Assembly: GCA_964187785.1 (NCBI GenBank)
Contig: OZ076409.1
Coordinates: 90,150,001 to 90,214,000, forward strand
Direction of reading: 5' to 3'
Source: Amphiscolops sp. MND2022
Taxonomy: Eukaryota
Length of the DNA stretch: 64,000 nucleotides
Below the pieces are notes generated by a model. The model saw nothing but the letters and a program-made list of their open reading frames with translations. It made no database searches and was not told the DNA's origin. Both the position numbers and the translations under genes were made by a program. Of this stretch, positions 26,095 through 36,224 are shown in pieces (position 1 is the first letter of the stretch; each line of letters starts with the position of its first letter).

Positions 26095-26499
26095 ATGAAT
26101 TATTTATCATTCAAAGAATTTGTTAATAAATATGGATTAAAAAATGAAGCAACTTCCAATGTAGAAATAAAAGAAATCCTAAAACTCATGAACACATCTT
26201 GTGGAATATATATGAGAGATGATAAATTTATAACCACCAGTGGTATAGTTAACTTACATCCAACTAAAGGAACACATTGGGTTATGTTTGTTAACGAGTT
26301 TTATTTTGATTCATATGGCTGTCCACCACCACTAAATATAACAAAACAAATTAATAATGGTATCTATTCAGAATATCAAATCCAGAAAGACGACAGTTAT
26401 TGTGCAGCTTATTGTTTGTATGTGTTATATCTTACACAAATTATAGGCTTCAAAAATGCAGTTTTAAATTTATACTATCAAACTTTTAAACTTAATTAA
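26095..26499 (+). CDS. Polinton adenain-like cysteine maturation protease
   Basis: VNL..GTHWV, YFDSYG and IQ....YCAAYC catalytic His/Asp/Gln/Cys motifs. Confidence 0.9.
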   Translation: MNYLSFKEFVNKYGLKNEATSNVEIKEILKLMNTSCGIYMRDDKFITTSGIVNLHPTKGTHWVMFVNEFYFDSYGCPPPLNITKQINNGIYSEYQIQKDDSYCAAYCLYVLYLTQIIGFKNAVLNLYYQTFKLN

Positions 26500-26539
26500 G
26501 CAAGCTTAGAAAAAAATTCAACAAAATTTTTTTTCTTAA

Positions 26540-26722
26540 ATGAAGAAAATTAATAATTATTCAGCTCAATTTAAAGTTATTCAAAAGCCAGAGAATGAAA
26601 ATAATAACAATAATATTCATAAGCAAAGCTCCTTCGGTAATAATTCAAAAAAATTATCAAAACAAAACCAAGAATTCATAAATAAGATATCCGCAAGTGG
26701 ATTTAAACAATTTAATCTATAA
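26540..26722 (+). CDS. Polinton small hypothetical protein (60 aa)
   Basis: Fills the gap between PRO and mCP and has the same TAAATG start context as its neighbours. Confidence 0.45.
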   Translation: MKKINNYSAQFKVIQKPENENNNNNIHKQSSFGNNSKKLSKQNQEFINKISASGFKQFNL

Positions 26723-26725
26723 TAA

Positions 26726-27832
26726 ATGGATCTATCAAATTTTGTGACCTATGATAAAAAAGAATCTCTTTTATTGAGTATTGCAAAATCTAGTTTGGAT
26801 ATTGTTGAAAATACCTTATCCAAACCCCAGGAAACTCTAGAGTTTAAAATGAATAAACAAAAAGAATCTTTTTCATTTGATATTCCACTAGACTTACCAG
26901 AACAATGGATGATGGGAGTAACAAGTTTAGAAGTATACAACACAGTATATAACATTACTGAAAATAATAACAAATTTAAAATACTTCTCAGAAAAGATCA
27001 ACTTGATGTACTAGGACTTGACACTGAATTAGTAAAAAAGGTTGAGTATTTATATAAAACATCTGATAAAAGAGGAATCTCTAATATAGAAATAATTAAT
27101 AAACTTATAGTTGATAATTATACAAATAAGAAAAAACGAGGTCTAACCCAAGAAGATTTTGATACTTTAACAGAAATAATTAATTCAATTAATCTTGAGA
27201 ATACTAAAAATAATAAAGGATCTCTCAATATAATTATTCCTGATTATTTGATTTTATAGATCATGTTAAAATTGAGTTAACACCAGGAGTATATGAATTA
27301 GTTGATTTAAATAATGCTATTAAGGAAGAAATTATAGAAAGCAAAGATTATGCACCAGTTGATTTAGAAACATTTAAAAAAATGAACAAGCAAATAGTCA
27401 ACCTTATATTTATATTGGATTCAATATACAAGCCGATACAATATCAATGAAATCAATATTATCAACATCAAACCATGTTGTATTCAACTCCGAACCTAAC
27501 ACCCTTTTAGGATTTACAAAGACTAGATACCCAGAAGGAACTCATAAATCAGAAAAACCAGTTATGATAACAACGACAGACAAAGTTCACCTGAAGTGTG
27601 ATTGTGTAGATGGTTCAATTGTTAATGGTATACGAGAACAAATTTTATTTTCATTTAATCTTAGTTCTCCTCCAGGATATAAAATTATAAAAGAACCCAA
27701 TATTATTTCATATAAAAAATAAACAAAACAAGGTTAGATAGTATTCAATTTTTCCTTGAGGATAACAATCATAACCCAGTTGATTTCAACTCCGAAACAT
27801 TAACATTTACAATTCAAATCATCAAGATTTAA
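26726..27832 (+). pseudogene. Polinton minor capsid protein (penton), disrupted
   Basis: WMMGVTSLEVYNT..NITENNNKF, PGVYEL, LLGF, VHLKCDCVDGSIVNG..ILFSF..PPGYKIIKEP and DNNHNPVDFNSE; breaks at ~27259, ~27420 and ~27722. Confidence 0.8.
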
Positions 27833-27841
27833 TATATATAA

Positions 27842-28240
27842 ATGAGCTTTAGTAAATTTAAAAATAATTCATATTGTGTTGGTGGAAAACATTATTCCAC
27901 TACCATAAATATTCGTGGAGATATTACTCAAAATAAAACAGGAGCACCTGTTAAATTATTAAGAGGTACTTGTTCAACTTGTAAAAGAAATAAATCACTT
28001 ATAGTATCTGATCAAACAATACAAGCAGATGGATTAGTTGACTTTTTCCGAGGTATAGGAAAAGCCGCCAAGAATGTCGGAAAGAAAATTTTAAATAATC
28101 CTGGAAGAGCATTAGAGCTAGCAGCAAATATTGGAACTGCAACAGCAAGTAAAAATCCTCGAATGATAGCAGCAACTGCTCCTGATATTATAAAATTTGT
28201 TCATCAAGGAAAAGGTCTGTACTTGGGTAAAATTCATTGA
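27842..28240 (+). CDS. Polinton hypothetical protein with a Cys/His ribbon and an amphipathic helix (putative core or membrane-lytic protein)
   Basis: Intact 132-aa ORF; YCVGGKH..CSTC; DGLVDFFRGIGKAAKNVGKKIL; C-terminal QGKGLYL. Confidence 0.7.
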   Translation: MSFSKFKNNSYCVGGKHYSTTINIRGDITQNKTGAPVKLLRGTCSTCKRNKSLIVSDQTIQADGLVDFFRGIGKAAKNVGKKILNNPGRALELAANIGTATASKNPRMIAATAPDIIKFVHQGKGLYLGKIH

Positions 28241-28289
28241 TTTACAGCCTTGCTGTAAACTAAATATTATTTTTTACGAATAATAAATT

Positions 28290-29258
28290 ATGTATTCAAT
28301 TCATAATCGAGATGATTTAGAAAAATTAAAAAAATTGCAAGATTCAAAATCTTTAATAAAAGCTGAAAGATTAAAAGAGAAACTAGGGAAGCAAGACTTT
28401 CATTACGATATGGAAGAAGTTTTTGAACCAGTTACTGAAAATCAGAAAAAAAGCCAAAACCAAACCAAGCTAGAATCTGAAAAACAATTACAAGCGTTAC
28501 GTGATTCTACTCAAACTACAACACAAGCAATACGAGAATCGAGTAACGCTTTGAATAAAAATTTACAAAAATCGATTAAAGAATATGATGAAATTACTTA
28601 CCGTAATAATCAACTTGTTACAGATCTTGTGAATTCCAACCAAGTTGATTCTACTATAATCAAGACAGTTTCTAATTTGCTTAATGACAAAAACAAAAGT
28701 CAATTTAGTTTAGAACCCATTCATGGGTTAGAACCCATGAATCCAAATTTATTCACAATTAATCCCCATAACCCACAACAAGTACTAATCAAAGGTTCAA
28801 CAATGACTTTCGAGAATGGTAACACGTATAATTTAAATGATCCCGATCTTCAATATTTTATGACTAATACACAAATAGATAAAGAAATACATAACGAGAA
28901 TCTAATTCATTCGTTTTTAAATGATATGAAATATAATCTAAATTATGGAGATAAAAAATCAAAGAGATATTATTTTATTAAAGATTTGATTAATCAATAT
29001 AAGTATCGTGAGATCCCTTATCGAGACTCCCCATGGGGAAGTGGATTAAATTTTGTTTTCCTTCCATCTGATCCAGATGAGCTTGTAGATCAATTAAAAC
29101 TACTTTATTTTGAAAAAGTAGGAGGAAATGATAACCCTATGCTTAATGAACAAATTATAGCAATTGCAGATAAAATATTACAGTACCAATGCATTACAAC
29201 AAATCAACATCAAAACCTTCTTTCAGCTTTTACTAAAAAGGATCAGTTTGTGGATTAA
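28290..29258 (+). CDS. Polinton conserved hypothetical protein (coiled coil, C-terminal PDELVDQL..GND domain)
   Basis: Intact 322-aa ORF; WGSGL followed by LPSDPDELVDQLKLL..GGNDN..EQIIAI resembles a motif recurrent in Polinton unknown ORFs. Confidence 0.7.
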   Translation: MYSIHNRDDLEKLKKLQDSKSLIKAERLKEKLGKQDFHYDMEEVFEPVTENQKKSQNQTKLESEKQLQALRDSTQTTTQAIRESSNALNKNLQKSIKEYDEITYRNNQLVTDLVNSNQVDSTIIKTVSNLLNDKNKSQFSLEPIHGLEPMNPNLFTINPHNPQQVLIKGSTMTFENGNTYNLNDPDLQYFMTNTQIDKEIHNENLIHSFLNDMKYNLNYGDKKSKRYYFIKDLINQYKYREIPYRDSPWGSGLNFVFLPSDPDELVDQLKLLYFEKVGGNDNPMLNEQIIAIADKILQYQCITTNQHQNLLSAFTKKDQFVD

Positions 29259-30204
29259 AGGTTTTATACTCCGGATTAGATTCATTACATATTTTATACC
29301 TACTCCCATTTTTATCTTCTAACCTATTTATTAATAAATAGTTGTACCTCTCCCGCCATGCCTCTCTACACAATTCCTTGAATTCTTCATAAGACATATC
29401 AAAACCTGCTATGTCTCTATAAATGTGTTCTACATCTTTCAATGTTTGTTGAAATAAAATTATGATATTACTATTGTTTCTAATTGTTCTTTTAGGTAAA
29501 TCAAAGTATGACTGTGATAAATAATAAACATCCAGATCATTATGTCTTCCCCTAGTAAAAAATGGATCTATTAATTTCTGTGAAGTGTCCAACATATCAT
29601 CAAATACAACACAACAATTTTGAAAATCTTGAATACTTTTGTCTTCTAGATCTTCTTCCACTGAAACATCTTCTATTTCAATTTTATTGTATTGTTCCGG
29701 ACTCCTCGTAATGATACATATCTTTTGTTCAGGATTATCTAAGCGAATTAATTGTAATTTGTTTAATAACAAATGGGTCTTACCACAAAATGATGGGCCA
29801 ACTATCAATGTCCTATTACAATTATTATCAATTTGATTATTATTATCATCTATTTGATTATTATGATTTTCATTATCATCATCATTTTGATTATTATCAA
29901 TTTGATTATTATCATCATCAATTTGATTTTCATTATCATCATCTTTGTTTAAATAATATACATCTTCTAATAATTTAATACACCTTTTCAAATGTTTTGA
30001 TAAATAAGTTTTATTGAATTCCTTATTCCAGAATTCACATTTTACTTTTTTATTGAAACATTCTATACATGTACTATACAATTTACCATTTTTATATTTG
30101 TAAAAATCTGTTTTCAGTATATTACATTCTTTACATCTTTTTTTATTCTCACAATCGGAACAGACAGACTTTTCATTACTTTTTCCACAAATTATACACT
30201 TCAT
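29233..30204 (-). CDS. A32-like (FtsK/HerA) DNA-packaging ATPase 1 with N-terminal CxxC pairs and an N/D-rich linker
   Basis: Walker A GPSFCGKT, Walker B VVFDDM, FTRGRH..YLSQ and IRNN; ORF intact. Confidence 0.93.
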   Translation of the reverse strand: MKCIICGKSNEKSVCSDCENKKRCKECNILKTDFYKYKNGKLYSTCIECFNKKVKCEFWNKEFNKTYLSKHLKRCIKLLEDVYYLNKDDDNENQIDDDNNQIDNNQNDDDNENHNNQIDDNNNQIDNNCNRTLIVGPSFCGKTHLLLNKLQLIRLDNPEQKICIITRSPEQYNKIEIEDVSVEEDLEDKSIQDFQNCCVVFDDMLDTSQKLIDPFFTRGRHNDLDVYYLSQSYFDLPKRTIRNNSNIIILFQQTLKDVEHIYRDIAGFDMSYEEFKELCREAWRERYNYLLINRLEDKNGSRYKICNESNPEYKTFNPQTDPF

Positions 30205-32550
30205 TTATTTAGTAAAAAATCACTAAATCACTAAGCAAAGTCACTAAGAGCATAATGTTTTAGGTGTAACTTATTTGCTTAGTGACAAAAAATGCTCTTA
30301 GTGAATTTGCTTAGTGATTTTGCTAAGAAAATTACTAAGAAATCAAACCCATTATTTTTATTTTGAACTATTTGTAATGCTAGATTTACCGTAATTAAAT
30401 GCTTGTTCCATTATTATATTCTTAAAATCTTCTTTAAGTTTATCTGAAATTAGTGGTTGTTGCATTCTATCGATGTAATTGTCTATTTTAGATTCATTCA
30501 CTTTTATTTTATTTTGTTTACAATAATATACATAATAATAAGCTACATTAAAAGGCGTTATTTCAATTGTTTGATCTGACATATCTTCTAGGAATATTTT
30601 AAGTTTCTTATATTCTTCACCTGTAAAGAAATAACTTTCATATTTTACATAATCCTCAGGACTCCATTTATGTTTAGTTGTATCGTAGATTAGTTGGTAC
30701 TTTTGATTGAGTATTTTATACTTTTGTGATCTAGTATCAAATTCAATTACACCAAATTCTAATTGGTCACGATATTGTTTCCAATTAAGTTGTTTGATAC
30801 TATAACAACTCATCATTGTTCCGAAAAATGTATCTGGATTATTTATTGTGATATATAACTTAAAACAATTTTCTCTAACAACAGGTAGAACATCCTTTGC
30901 ATAATGTGCAAGATAAATAACTTGTATATTATGATGTCTTCCAAACCGGAATAAATCTTCTACTTTTGTTTTAAGGTTTTTATATGCACCTGCATCTTCT
31001 AAAATGATTGTTTTACCAGCAAGTGATTCAATTTCTATTTTTTCTAACTGCAACAAAGGTATATAATTATCATTAAACTCATTTTCATCTCTACCGAATA
31101 CTATAAAATCGTTTTTAGTTTGATCTAAATAATACTTCAGGAAACTAGTCTTACCTGATCCACTAGTACCATACACCAAAAAATGACAATTAGTATTTGT
31201 GATTGGTTTGACTTGTGGCTCGTCTTTTGGTTGATCAGTTAGATGGGACTTTTTAAATCCCTTGAATTGTTTTAGTTTTTAGTATAATTTTTCGTAATGT
31301 CTAGGTCTAATATAATACCAATAAATATATATGTGATATGCCTCGGTGAAGAGCAGAGACCTCCAACTGGACGACTTCTTGAGGATGCTGAAACACTCAA
31401 GATGAGTCTCAAAAGTTGGTCTTACATCGTGAAACATCAGATGATCAAAAATCACTGACGATGAGCCATCTTTACGCTCGGCAAGGTGTTCTCGGACTCT
31501 CTGGAACAAATGACGCCTTGTGACACCTACGTAGCGGGATTCACAACCCGTCTGCGGACACTTGAACATGTAGGTGACACCGCCGCTGTTTACGACTTTC
31601 GGCATGGCTTCAGGAAGCCTAACCAGAGACCCAACACACGTCGATGTAAAAACCAGACCAGGACATTCAGTGTTGACACGCCTGCAAAGGGCTGAAAAGG
31701 ACGAAATAAGGCGCTTCTTCGCACTTTCACCTTTGTAGGGCAACACCAACGGGACCAACTTGGATTTCTCTTTCTGAGTTGACGATTCCGGACCCAGACG
31801 ACGCGTCAGAAAGTGACGAACCTGGCTTCCAAGGACACATTCATCATAACCCAGTTGTGTCAGGCACTTCACTGATCTCTCGATCTCTTCGTGGAAACCT
31901 GTCCAGGACGATGACAAGGCGAACGCTCGGTGACAAAGCATCGGCATGAGGTTCCGCTTGTATTTCTCGTCACAAAACGACTGGGAATGTAAAAATACGC
32001 CTTTGTCGCAACTTTTGTGGTAAACGGACGTTGAAAAACCCGTTTTTGACATGACAACAGTGACACCAATGAACGGAATAGAACTATCGACAGAAAACTC
32101 GCACGTAAACTGAATGGCTGGATGAAATCTGTTCAAACGTTCCAGAAACAGTTGAACGTGGGTTGGGTCTGAGAATAGTAGAAATGTGTCATCCACATAT
32201 CTGACATAGAACACAGGGAAGAAATTATGGTTCTCGGCGAACACGCTGATTTCCAGGAAACCAAGATAAAAATTCGCAAAGAGCGGTCCGAGAGGAGAAC
32301 CCATTGAAACCCCGTCTATTTGCTCATACAAAACTCCGTCAAAAGTGAANNNNNNNNNNNNNNNNNNNNNNNNNNNNNNNNNNNNNNNNNNNNNNNNNNN
32401 NNNNNNNNNNNNNNNNNNNNNNNNNNNNNNNNNNNNNNNNNNNNNNNNNNNNNNNNNNNNNNNNNNNNNNNNNNNNNNNNNNNNNNNNNNNNNNNNNNNN
32501 NNNNNNNNNNNNNNNNNNNNNNNNNNNNNNNNNNNNNNNNNNNNNNNNNG

Positions 32551-33759
32551 ACGATTCAAGTCATTTTGGATGCTGTTTTTGACACCTCTGGAGAGTCTAG
32601 TTTCATCGAAGACCAGGGTATTCGTCTCCAGAGACGCGACTTGCAGCTGCTGTTGGAAAAGGCCACTGTTAACATGCTCTTCACTTTTGACGGAGTTTTG
32701 TATGAGCAAATAGACGGGGTTTCAATGGGTTCTCCTCTCGGACCGCTCTTTGCGAATTTTTATCTTGGTTTCCTGGAAATCAGCGTGTTCGCCGAGAACC
32801 ATAATTTCTTCCCTGTGTTCTATGTCAGATATGTGGATGACACATTTCTACTATTCTCAGACCCAACCCACGTTCAACTGTTTCTGGAACGTTTGAACAG
32901 ATTTCATCCAGCCATTCAGTTTACGTGCGAGTTTTCTGTCGATAGTTCTATTCCGTTCATTGGTGTCACTGTTGTCATGTCAAAAACGGGTTTTTCAACG
33001 TCCGTTTACCACAAAAGTTGCGACAAAGGCGTATTTTTACATTCCCAGTCGTTTTGTGACGAGAAATACAAGCGGAACCTCATGCCGATGCTTTGTCACC
33101 GAGCGTTCGCCTTGTCATCGTCCTGGACAGGTTTCCACGAAGAGATCGAGAGATCAGTGAAGTGCCTGACACAACTGGGTTATGATGAATGTGTCCTTGG
33201 AAGCCAGGTTCGTCACTTTCTGACGCGTCGTCTGGGTCCGGAATCGTCAACTCAGAAAGAGAAATCCAAGTTGGTCCCGTTGGTGTTGCCCTACAAAGGT
33301 GAAAGTGCGAAGAAGCGCCTTATTTCGTCCTTTTCAGCCCTTTGCAGGCGTGTCAACACTGAATGTCCTGGTCTGGTTTTTACATCGACGAGTGTTGGGT
33401 CTCTGGTTAGGCTTCCTGAAGCCAAGCCGAAAGTCGTAAACAGCGGCGGTGTCACCTACATGTTCAAGTGTCCGCAGACGGGTTGTGAACCCCGCTACGT
33501 AGGTGTCACAAGGCGTCATTTGTTCCAGAGAGTCCGAGAACACCTTGCCGAGCGTAAAGATGGCTCATCGTCAGTGATTTTTGATCATCTGATGTTTCAC
33601 GATGTAAGACCAACTTTTGAGACTCATCTTGAGTGTTTCAGCATCCTCAAGAAGTCGTCCAGTTGGAGGTCTCTGCTCTTCACCGAGGCATATCACATAA
33701 AACACCAAAAATGTGATCTTAACACTCAGACGGACTCTATTCCTCTGCGTGTATTTTAA
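32551..33759 (+). CDS. Penelope RT plus GIY-YIG endonuclease (5' part lost in the gap)
   Basis: YEQIDGVSMGSPLGP, YVRYVDD, VTYMFKC...RYVGVTRR..QRVREH, E..HI and LN; frame open from the gap to the stop. Confidence 0.93.
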   Translation, partial: TIQVILDAVFDTSGESSFIEDQGIRLQRRDLQLLLEKATVNMLFTFDGVLYEQIDGVSMGSPLGPLFANFYLGFLEISVFAENHNFFPVFYVRYVDDTFLLFSDPTHVQLFLERLNRFHPAIQFTCEFSVDSSIPFIGVTVVMSKTGFSTSVYHKSCDKGVFLHSQSFCDEKYKRNLMPMLCHRAFALSSSWTGFHEEIERSVKCLTQLGYDECVLGSQVRHFLTRRLGPESSTQKEKSKLVPLVLPYKGESAKKRLISSFSALCRRVNTECPGLVFTSTSVGSLVRLPEAKPKVVNSGGVTYMFKCPQTGCEPRYVGVTRRHLFQRVREHLAERKDGSSSVIFDHLMFHDVRPTFETHLECFSILKKSSSWRSLLFTEAYHIKHQKCDLNTQTDSIPLRVF

Positions 33760-33832
33760 ATTGATGTTCTTTGTTTCTGCTTTTTTGTGATGATGCACTG
33801 ATGAAATTTGTTTAATTTTTGCTATTTTTCAG

Positions 33833-33876
33833 ATTTTCTTGATAATGTCAACAGAAGTTGACGAAACGTCGAATTT
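33833..33876 (+). ncRNA. Minimal type I hammerhead ribozyme (U3-A8 variant) in the Penelope 3' region
   Basis: TTC-TTGATAA-T-GTCAAC-agaa-GTTGAC-GAAA-CG-TC-GAA: core boxes, 6-bp stem II, palindromic ACGT at stem III and a short stem I. Confidence 0.7.
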
Positions 33877-34014
33877 ATGAAGTTTTTATTCTGCCACTCT
33901 TTTCTCATAAAGTTGTTTTCTGGCTCCCGCATTTTCAATAAATATATAAAACTATAATAAAGATTACACATAATAAACCTATATAAAATTTTTTATTCAT
34001 TTATTAAGAAATAA

Positions 34015-34868
34015 ATGAGTGAAAAGAAGAAAGAAATTGCTCAAGAAATATTCTCTCCTGTAATCAAGAAGTTTCAAAGAATTCAAATACAAACTCACTA
34101 TAAAGATGAGTGTTGGAGTATTGATCTTATAGACAGGTCTAGCTTATCAAAATACAACAAAAACTACAAGTTTATTTTCACAATAATTGACAATCATACT
34201 AAATACGCATGGGCCATTCCTCTTGAAGATAAGTCAGGAAGAAGTACAGTAAATGTATTTAAAAGTCTTATTGAAAAAGCAAAAAGAAAACCGGATAAAA
34301 TATGGTCAGATAGAGGTAAAGAGTTTTATAATAAAACATTTTTGGATTTCCTAAAAGAGCAGAACATTCAAATTTATTCAACCAATTCAGATTTAAAAGC
34401 TGTTTTTGTTGAACGATTCAATAGAACCTTATTAGATCTAATAAAAAACCAATGTATGTTGAAGGTAAAGCTTGTTGGTTGAATCATATTAACAGTGCTT
34501 TGGATAAATATAATAATCGTGTGCATACCACAACCCGCATGACACCTTTTGAAGCTAATAATCAACCTATAGATCCACCTACTTTTGTTAATAAACCGAG
34601 ACAACCCAAATTCCAAGTGGGAGACTATGTAAGAGTTCCTGATAAACGCAATTTATATAGTAAAGGTTATACAACAAATTGGAACAGAGAACTTTTTAAA
34701 ATACATAAAATTAACAATACAAATCCCGTTACATATGGTTTAGTAGATGAAAACAACGAACTAATAGAAGGAAAGTATTATGAACAAGAACTTTTAGGAA
34801 GTGTATTCAATTTTAAATCTAACAACAAAACGTTAGAAAGTATGAATATCTTCCACAAATTTGAATAA
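34015..34868 (+). pseudogene. Polinton retroviral-like (rve) integrase, one frameshift at ~34450
   Basis: WSIDLID, IIDNHTKYAWAIPL, WSDRGKEF, VERFNRTL, YNNRVHTTTRMTP and FQVGDYVR..KGYTTNW. Confidence 0.95.
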
Positions 34869-34885
34869 TTATAATTAAATAAATA

Positions 34886-35588
34886 ATGTCAATTCATAAA
34901 TTTGGTTATAGTGCCGAGAGCCTACAAAAAGATAAGATTGAGAATCTTGAAAAAGAATTAGAATCACAAACCAAATTATTTAATATAAAACTTATTGATA
35001 TGCAAAGCACTATAAATGGTATGACTGATAACCTACAAAGTGTACAAGAAATTAATTTTGATGATGGTGAAACCAAGGTAGTAGTCAATGCAAAGTTATT
35101 CTTAGACATAAATAAAAATATAGAAGACTTGAAAATCAACCTGAAATACTTAGAACAAGATGTTAAAAATAAATTTTTAGAAAAGAAAAAAGAAAATTTT
35201 GGATGCTGCCAAGTTAGTGGAAGAACAACAAACCATTTTACGTAATCATTTTGAGAGAAACCTTATTTCGGAATTGGAAAAATGTAAAAATCAAACAGTC
35301 AAAGATACCATTCAGTTACTATACAACAAAGGACTGTTTGATTCATTTGAAAATAAAGACCAAATCTTTAATGAGTACTTATATTTTAGTGATGAATACT
35401 TGTTGGAAAAATACGGAAAAGAAATAAAGACATCAGGTGGTGTGTATTATTTATCTGATTTAGATTATTCAACGAGAGAAGATATCGTGTATTCCTTAAA
35501 AATAGATGAATACAAAGATATTGTTGACCTTAAATATAGAATGAAACTAACGGATACTGAGATAAATTTTATACTTTTTGAAGAGTGA
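34886..35588 (+). pseudogene. Polinton coiled-coil hypothetical protein (probably one ORF, frameshifted at ~35195)
   Basis: Overlapping K/E-rich ORFs 34886-35245 and 35199-35588 that join across an A/T run. Confidence 0.55.
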
Positions 35589-35634
35589 ATACTTTGTTTA
35601 AATAAAATAAAAACCAAGTTATTAATTAAAATAA

Positions 35635-36156
35635 ATGAGTGAAAAATTATACCCATGTTTACAACCAAGTGATAGTCTTGATTTGCGATTGAAAGAAATA
35701 AATAGTTTCAATAATTCAATTCAAAATATAAAAGATATTCAAAATTTTTATAATCATGAAGCTAAAAAGTATAAAAAGAAATCCAAAACATATAAAATTA
35801 TAAACGGTTTAATTCAATCTATTGATGGAGTTTCAGTACTAGCAGTATCATCAACATGTGTCACGTTGAGTGTCACAGGAGTTGGACTTGTTGTTGTACC
35901 TATAGCAAGTGGTATAGGTGCAGGTTTATGTATAATCAGTAAAATTGCTGGAGAGTACCTGAAAAGAAAAGAACAACACAATATTAAAAAATATACTCTT
36001 GCTGGTAGAACACTACACGACTACCAAAAACTACATTCAAAATGTTTAGAAGATAATACCATCGACCAGAATGAATACAACAAATTAAAACAAACTTACG
36101 ATCTATATAAAACAAATAAAACTAAACTCAATTCTGAGTTTACTTTTTTAGGATAA
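35635..36156 (+). CDS. Polinton hypothetical membrane protein (coiled coil plus hydrophobic hairpin)
   Basis: Intact 173 aa; GVSVLAVSSTCVTLSVTGVGLVVVPIASGIGAGLCIISKIAG. Confidence 0.7.
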   Translation: MSEKLYPCLQPSDSLDLRLKEINSFNNSIQNIKDIQNFYNHEAKKYKKKSKTYKIINGLIQSIDGVSVLAVSSTCVTLSVTGVGLVVVPIASGIGAGLCIISKIAGEYLKRKEQHNIKKYTLAGRTLHDYQKLHSKCLEDNTIDQNEYNKLKQTYDLYKTNKTKLNSEFTFLG

Positions 36157-36224
36157 ATTTATTTAGTAAAAATAATATAAATATAAATTTTAAATCATCA
36201 TCATGAATTTTTATTCTTATTTAA

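Larger units (their letters stand above)
31332..33935. mobile_element. Penelope-like retroelement insertion: two divergent inverted copies around a 200-N gap
   Basis: Minus copy 31332-32349, plus copy 32550-33935; 13-bp TSD CAATAAATATATA (31319-31331, 33936-33948). Confidence 0.85.
30358..34000 (-). pseudogene. A32-like ATPase 2 with an N-terminal TM helix, split by the Penelope insertion (coding 34000-33936 plus 31318-30358)
   Basis: GTSGSGKT, IILEDAG, FRFGRH..YLAH and VREN. Removing the insertion gives MNKKFYIGLLCVIFIIVLYIYWYYIRPRHYEKLY*KLKQF...FLVYGTSGSGKT in one frame, with a single TAA at 31279-31281. Confidence 0.8.

Noticed and set aside
29810..29950. Independent minisatellite
   Set aside because: It is the in-frame N/D-rich linker of ATPase 1.
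31279..33759. 476-aa and 479-aa ORFs as listed in the ORF track
   Set aside because: Their N-termini read through 200 Ns into the antisense of the other copy, and the minus ORF tail (YIYWYYIRPRHYEKLY) belongs to Polinton ATPase 2.
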